Shown piece after piece: positions 63,589-64,000 of a DNA stretch of 64,000 nt; the stretch's first letter is position 1, and the number at the start of each line of letters is the position of its first letter. Source of the DNA: Candidatus Latescibacterota bacterium. GTDB lineage: Bacteria; Latescibacterota; UBA2968. The position numbers were made by a program, and so were the translations under genes. The stretch spans positions 7,168,001-7,232,000 of the forward strand of contig OZ240241.1 in assembly GCA_965198115.1 (NCBI GenBank), given 5' to 3'. The notes beneath the pieces were generated by a model. The model ran no database searches and had not been told where the DNA came from. It saw only the letters and a list, made by a program, of their open reading frames with translations.

Positions 63589-63860
63589 AACTTTTCCACC
63601 TCCGAGTCGTTGCAACCGGAAACCCGCACGCGCCACGCCAGCGCGCAGTATATCACTTATGTAACTTATTATAAATAATAACCATCTATTGCATAGACAT
63701 AACTAAACCTTGGTAACTAGATGCAAGCTGGTTCTGAAGCTGTGAATCGCATCTCGTGGGTAGCCGCTTAAGGCGCACGAGGCACGAATATCCTGGGAGA
63801 TCCGCTGGCTGATTAGCGACAATTAGAACTCCCACTTGGCGACCACTATAATTCCCGTTC

Positions 63861-64000
63861 TGCGGGTCGTGCGGCGGTGGTTGGGGCGCGTGGGCGTCGA
63901 GACGCTTCTTTAATTGAGCCGGGCAGCCCGTGGGAGAACGCTACAACGAGAGCTTCAACGGCAAGCTCAGGGACGAGCTGTTGAACGGAGATCTTCTACT
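63861..64000 (+). pseudogene. IS3-family transposase (integrase core) fragment
   Basis: Across indels reads VRRWLGRVGVETL-IEPGSPWEN-YNESFNGKLRDELLN. Confidence 0.8.

Noticed and set aside
63272-63678. Plus-strand ORFs encoding (ARCSVLG)n
   Set aside because: These are a by-product of a stop-free heptamer repeat; the RBS and gene context favour the minus strand.
1-64000. tRNA or rRNA genes
   Set aside because: No cloverleaf with T-loop and D-loop consensus and no rRNA-like conserved sequence was recognised by eye.

Overview
GC-rich bacterial DNA, most consistent with an FCB-group lineage such as Latescibacterota. This is an inference from a secreted protein ending in a PNPFNP...FlgD-Ig/T9SS-type tail and from the sugar-acid catabolism genes. 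Many otherwise intact genes are split by single indels, which suggests an error-prone long-read assembly. About 1-46 kb is mostly core and metabolic. It holds an atypical ExbB/ExbD-like operon, a sigma-70 factor with two coiled-coil membrane proteins, and a di-heme cytochrome / OM barrel / SBP / hybrid kinase cluster. It also holds a galacturonokinase-like kinase plus nucleotidyltransferase, amidohydrolases, a mannonate dehydratase, a DUF1016-thermonuclease fusion, a PKD surface protein, duplicated membrane proteins around a TPR-parvulin, an MFS transporter and an ABC exporter pair. About 46-57.4 kb is a decayed mobile/defence island: ISL3, IS630, IS256, IS5 and IS1380 pieces, an AspBHI-like and an HgiDII-like restriction remnant, a methyltransferase stub and a type I-G cas3 remnant, most of it bracketed by a 46-bp direct repeat. 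About 57.5-63.6 kb is a large modular autotransporter. Its 5' leader contains 28 copies of a heptamer followed by a 62-bp tandem repeat (28-bp CRISPR-like palindromic unit x4 with identical 34-bp inserts x3). Together these look like a two-input phase-variation switch, the most notable feature of the window. All family assignments come from motif recognition by eye, not from database searches.
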